Shown: one piece after another, positions 62,820 to 64,000 of the stretch | How the letters are laid out: every line of letters begins with the position of its first letter | Numbering within the stretch: the first letter of the stretch is position 1 | NCBI GenBank assembly: GCA_020429915.1 | Contig: JAGQKV010000019.1 | Coordinates: 85,727-149,726, forward strand | Direction: 5' to 3' | DNA from: Candidatus Omnitrophota bacterium | GTDB lineage: Bacteria > Omnitrophota > Gorgyraeia > Zapsychrales > Zapsychraceae | Length of the DNA: 64,000 bases | Notes under the pieces: generated by a model | What the model was told of the DNA's origin: nothing | Seen by the model: only the letters and a program-made list of their open reading frames with translations | Databases searched by the model: none | Program-made: the position numbers and the translations under genes

Positions 62820-64000
62820 GCGACATCGACTTATCGGTTTAGTGTGTTTAACGTTACTGCTGGGGGAGACTATGGTATCTGCGGAAGGCTTTATCAAGCG
62901 CCCGAACGTCAGCGGACAGTTTTATACGGACGATCCCGGCGAGTTGTCCCGGCAAGTCGACGCCTTCATCGGCAACGCCAGCGTCGATCCCTACGAGACG
63001 GCGGTGCCGATTATCATCGCGCCGCACGCCGGCTATTACTTCTCCGGCGCAGTGGCCGGACACAGTTTTAAGGCCGTCAAGAACCGCGATATCCAGACGG
63101 CCGTCGTCCTGGCGCCCAGTCATTTTTACGGTTTCGACGGAGTCTCGATTTGGGACAAGGGAGGGTTCGAAACACCACTGGGTGTTATCGATGTCGATGA
63201 AGATTTTGCCGGCGAGCTGAGCGCGGCCGGCGATGACTTTGTTTTTGATGCCAAGGCGTATGAACGGGAGCATGCGTTGGAGGTGGAGCTTCCATTCATT
63301 CAACGTGCCTTTCCCGAGGCGCGGCTTGTTCCCGTAATTATCGGCACGCCCACTCCGAAGACTTTGCTTGACTTTGCCCGCGCTTTAGACCGGCTGATCG
63401 GCGACCGCAAAGATGTATTGGTCGTGGTCAGCACGGACCTCTCCCACTATCATCCCGACGAGGTGGCTCGCGATATGGATGCCACCGCCATCGAAGCGAT
63501 CAAGAATCTTCAGGCCGAAAGAATTTACCGCGAATGCCGGCAGGGTTCGATGGAGATGTGCGGTTGCATGCCGGTCACGGCGGCGCTGCTGTTGGCGAAA
63601 CTGCGCGGGTTGACCAGCGTGGACCTGTTGCGTTACAGCAATTCGGGCGATGTCAGCCGCGACAAAGATCGGGTGGTCGGTTACAGCGCGTTGGCGATAT
63701 ATGGCCAGGCACAAGCCGGATCCGAAACGGGGGGACTCAATACGGGGCAAAAGCAGCGTCTTTTGGACCTCGCTCGCGAGGCGATAACCACCTATGTCGT
63801 GGACGGGAGAAAGATTCCCGTCAATGAGCCGGATCCCCGGCTGAGCGCGGAGGAAGGAGCCTTCGTTTCGGTGTACAAAGGCGATCGGTTGCGCGGTTGC
63901 ATAGGAAATATCATCGCCGACGGCCCCTTGTGCGGGACCGTGCGGAATATGGCCATCGCGGCGGCGACCGAAGATCCGCGTTTTGCGGCAATACGGCCGG
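62812..64000 (+). CDS. Memo-like (AmmeMemoRadiSam system protein B) fused to an AMMECR1 domain (AmmeMemoRadiSam system protein A). 3' end outside the window.
   Basis: Translation (not in the supplied track; no stop before the window end): IIIAPHAGYYFSGAVAGHSF...VLAPSHF...VVSTDLSHYHPD...EMCGCMPV (Memo/extradiol-dioxygenase-like), then SVYKGDRLRGCIGNIIADGPLCGTVRNMAIAAATEDPRF (AMMECR1 CxG-containing core). Confidence 0.75.
   Translation, partial: MSRRHRLIGLVCLTLLLGETMVSAEGFIKRPNVSGQFYTDDPGELSRQVDAFIGNASVDPYETAVPIIIAPHAGYYFSGAVAGHSFKAVKNRDIQTAVVLAPSHFYGFDGVSIWDKGGFETPLGVIDVDEDFAGELSAAGDDFVFDAKAYEREHALEVELPFIQRAFPEARLVPVIIGTPTPKTLLDFARALDRLIGDRKDVLVVVSTDLSHYHPDEVARDMDATAIEAIKNLQAERIYRECRQGSMEMCGCMPVTAALLLAKLRGLTSVDLLRYSNSGDVSRDKDRVVGYSALAIYGQAQAGSETGGLNTGQKQRLLDLAREAITTYVVDGRKIPVNEPDPRLSAEEGAFVSVYKGDRLRGCIGNIIADGPLCGTVRNMAIAAATEDPRFAAIRP

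Noticed and set aside
1-64000. Searched for CRISPR arrays, transposase or integrase genes, phage genes and rRNA.
   Set aside because: No regularly spaced direct repeats. No DDE/tyrosine-recombinase-like ORFs. No rRNA-like conserved blocks. The only stable RNAs seen are one tRNA-Met and rnpB.

Overview
This is a high-GC (roughly 58-60%) bacterial chromosomal segment with extreme strand bias. All confident genes but one are on the + strand.

Backbone. The backbone is conserved housekeeping: pgk(3' end)-tpiA-secG; a five-gene Opp/Dpp-type peptide ABC importer; glgC; fabV; a small HTH protein plus acpP plus smc; cvpA, nif3, dnaG-rpoD; tRNA-Met(CAT); a COG1579 zinc-ribbon protein plus rnhA; RNase P RNA (rnpB); yebC-ruvC-ruvA; scpB; an aromatic amino-acid block (pheA-hisC-DAHP synthase-tyrA) running into cmk-lepA-lepB; plsY; dsbD; a GH15 glycoside hydrolase; lexA; and a dsbA/MauE-like pair. 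No transposases, integrases, CRISPR arrays or phage genes were seen.

Protein glycosylation theme. Embedded in this backbone are five polytopic membrane proteins, each with an Asp-rich first periplasmic loop typical of GT-C glycosyltransferases. A tandem paralogous pair of a family I cannot place (7084-11581) carries C-terminal TPR arrays. A tandem paralogous pair of TMTC/DUF1736-like proteins (45662-49731, motif FHFDD/WHFDD) also carries TPR arrays. An ArnT/PMT-like enzyme (57815-59563) is followed by a GT2 polyprenyl-phosphate glycosyltransferase and a LAB_N small membrane protein. Together this points to an elaborate, uncharacterised periplasmic protein glycosylation capacity.

Other notable items. 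An apparent operon (50687-53373) encodes an unknown protein, an HExxH protein and a Ddl-like ATP-grasp ligase; this is a candidate peptide-ligation or modification system. It sits next to a transglutaminase-like/HspQ(YccV) fusion and lexA. The lexA promoter carries a CCACA-N6-TGTGG palindrome in its spacer. The rnhA ORF runs about 70 nt into rnpB. A Memo-like/AMMECR1 fusion (AmmeMemoRadiSam B-A) starts at 62812 and runs off the window. There is a low-GC islet with an orphan ORF (38160-38880). Several repeat or palindrome regulatory candidates are noted.

Limits. All calls are from reading the sequence and the ORF translations. No database searches were run.
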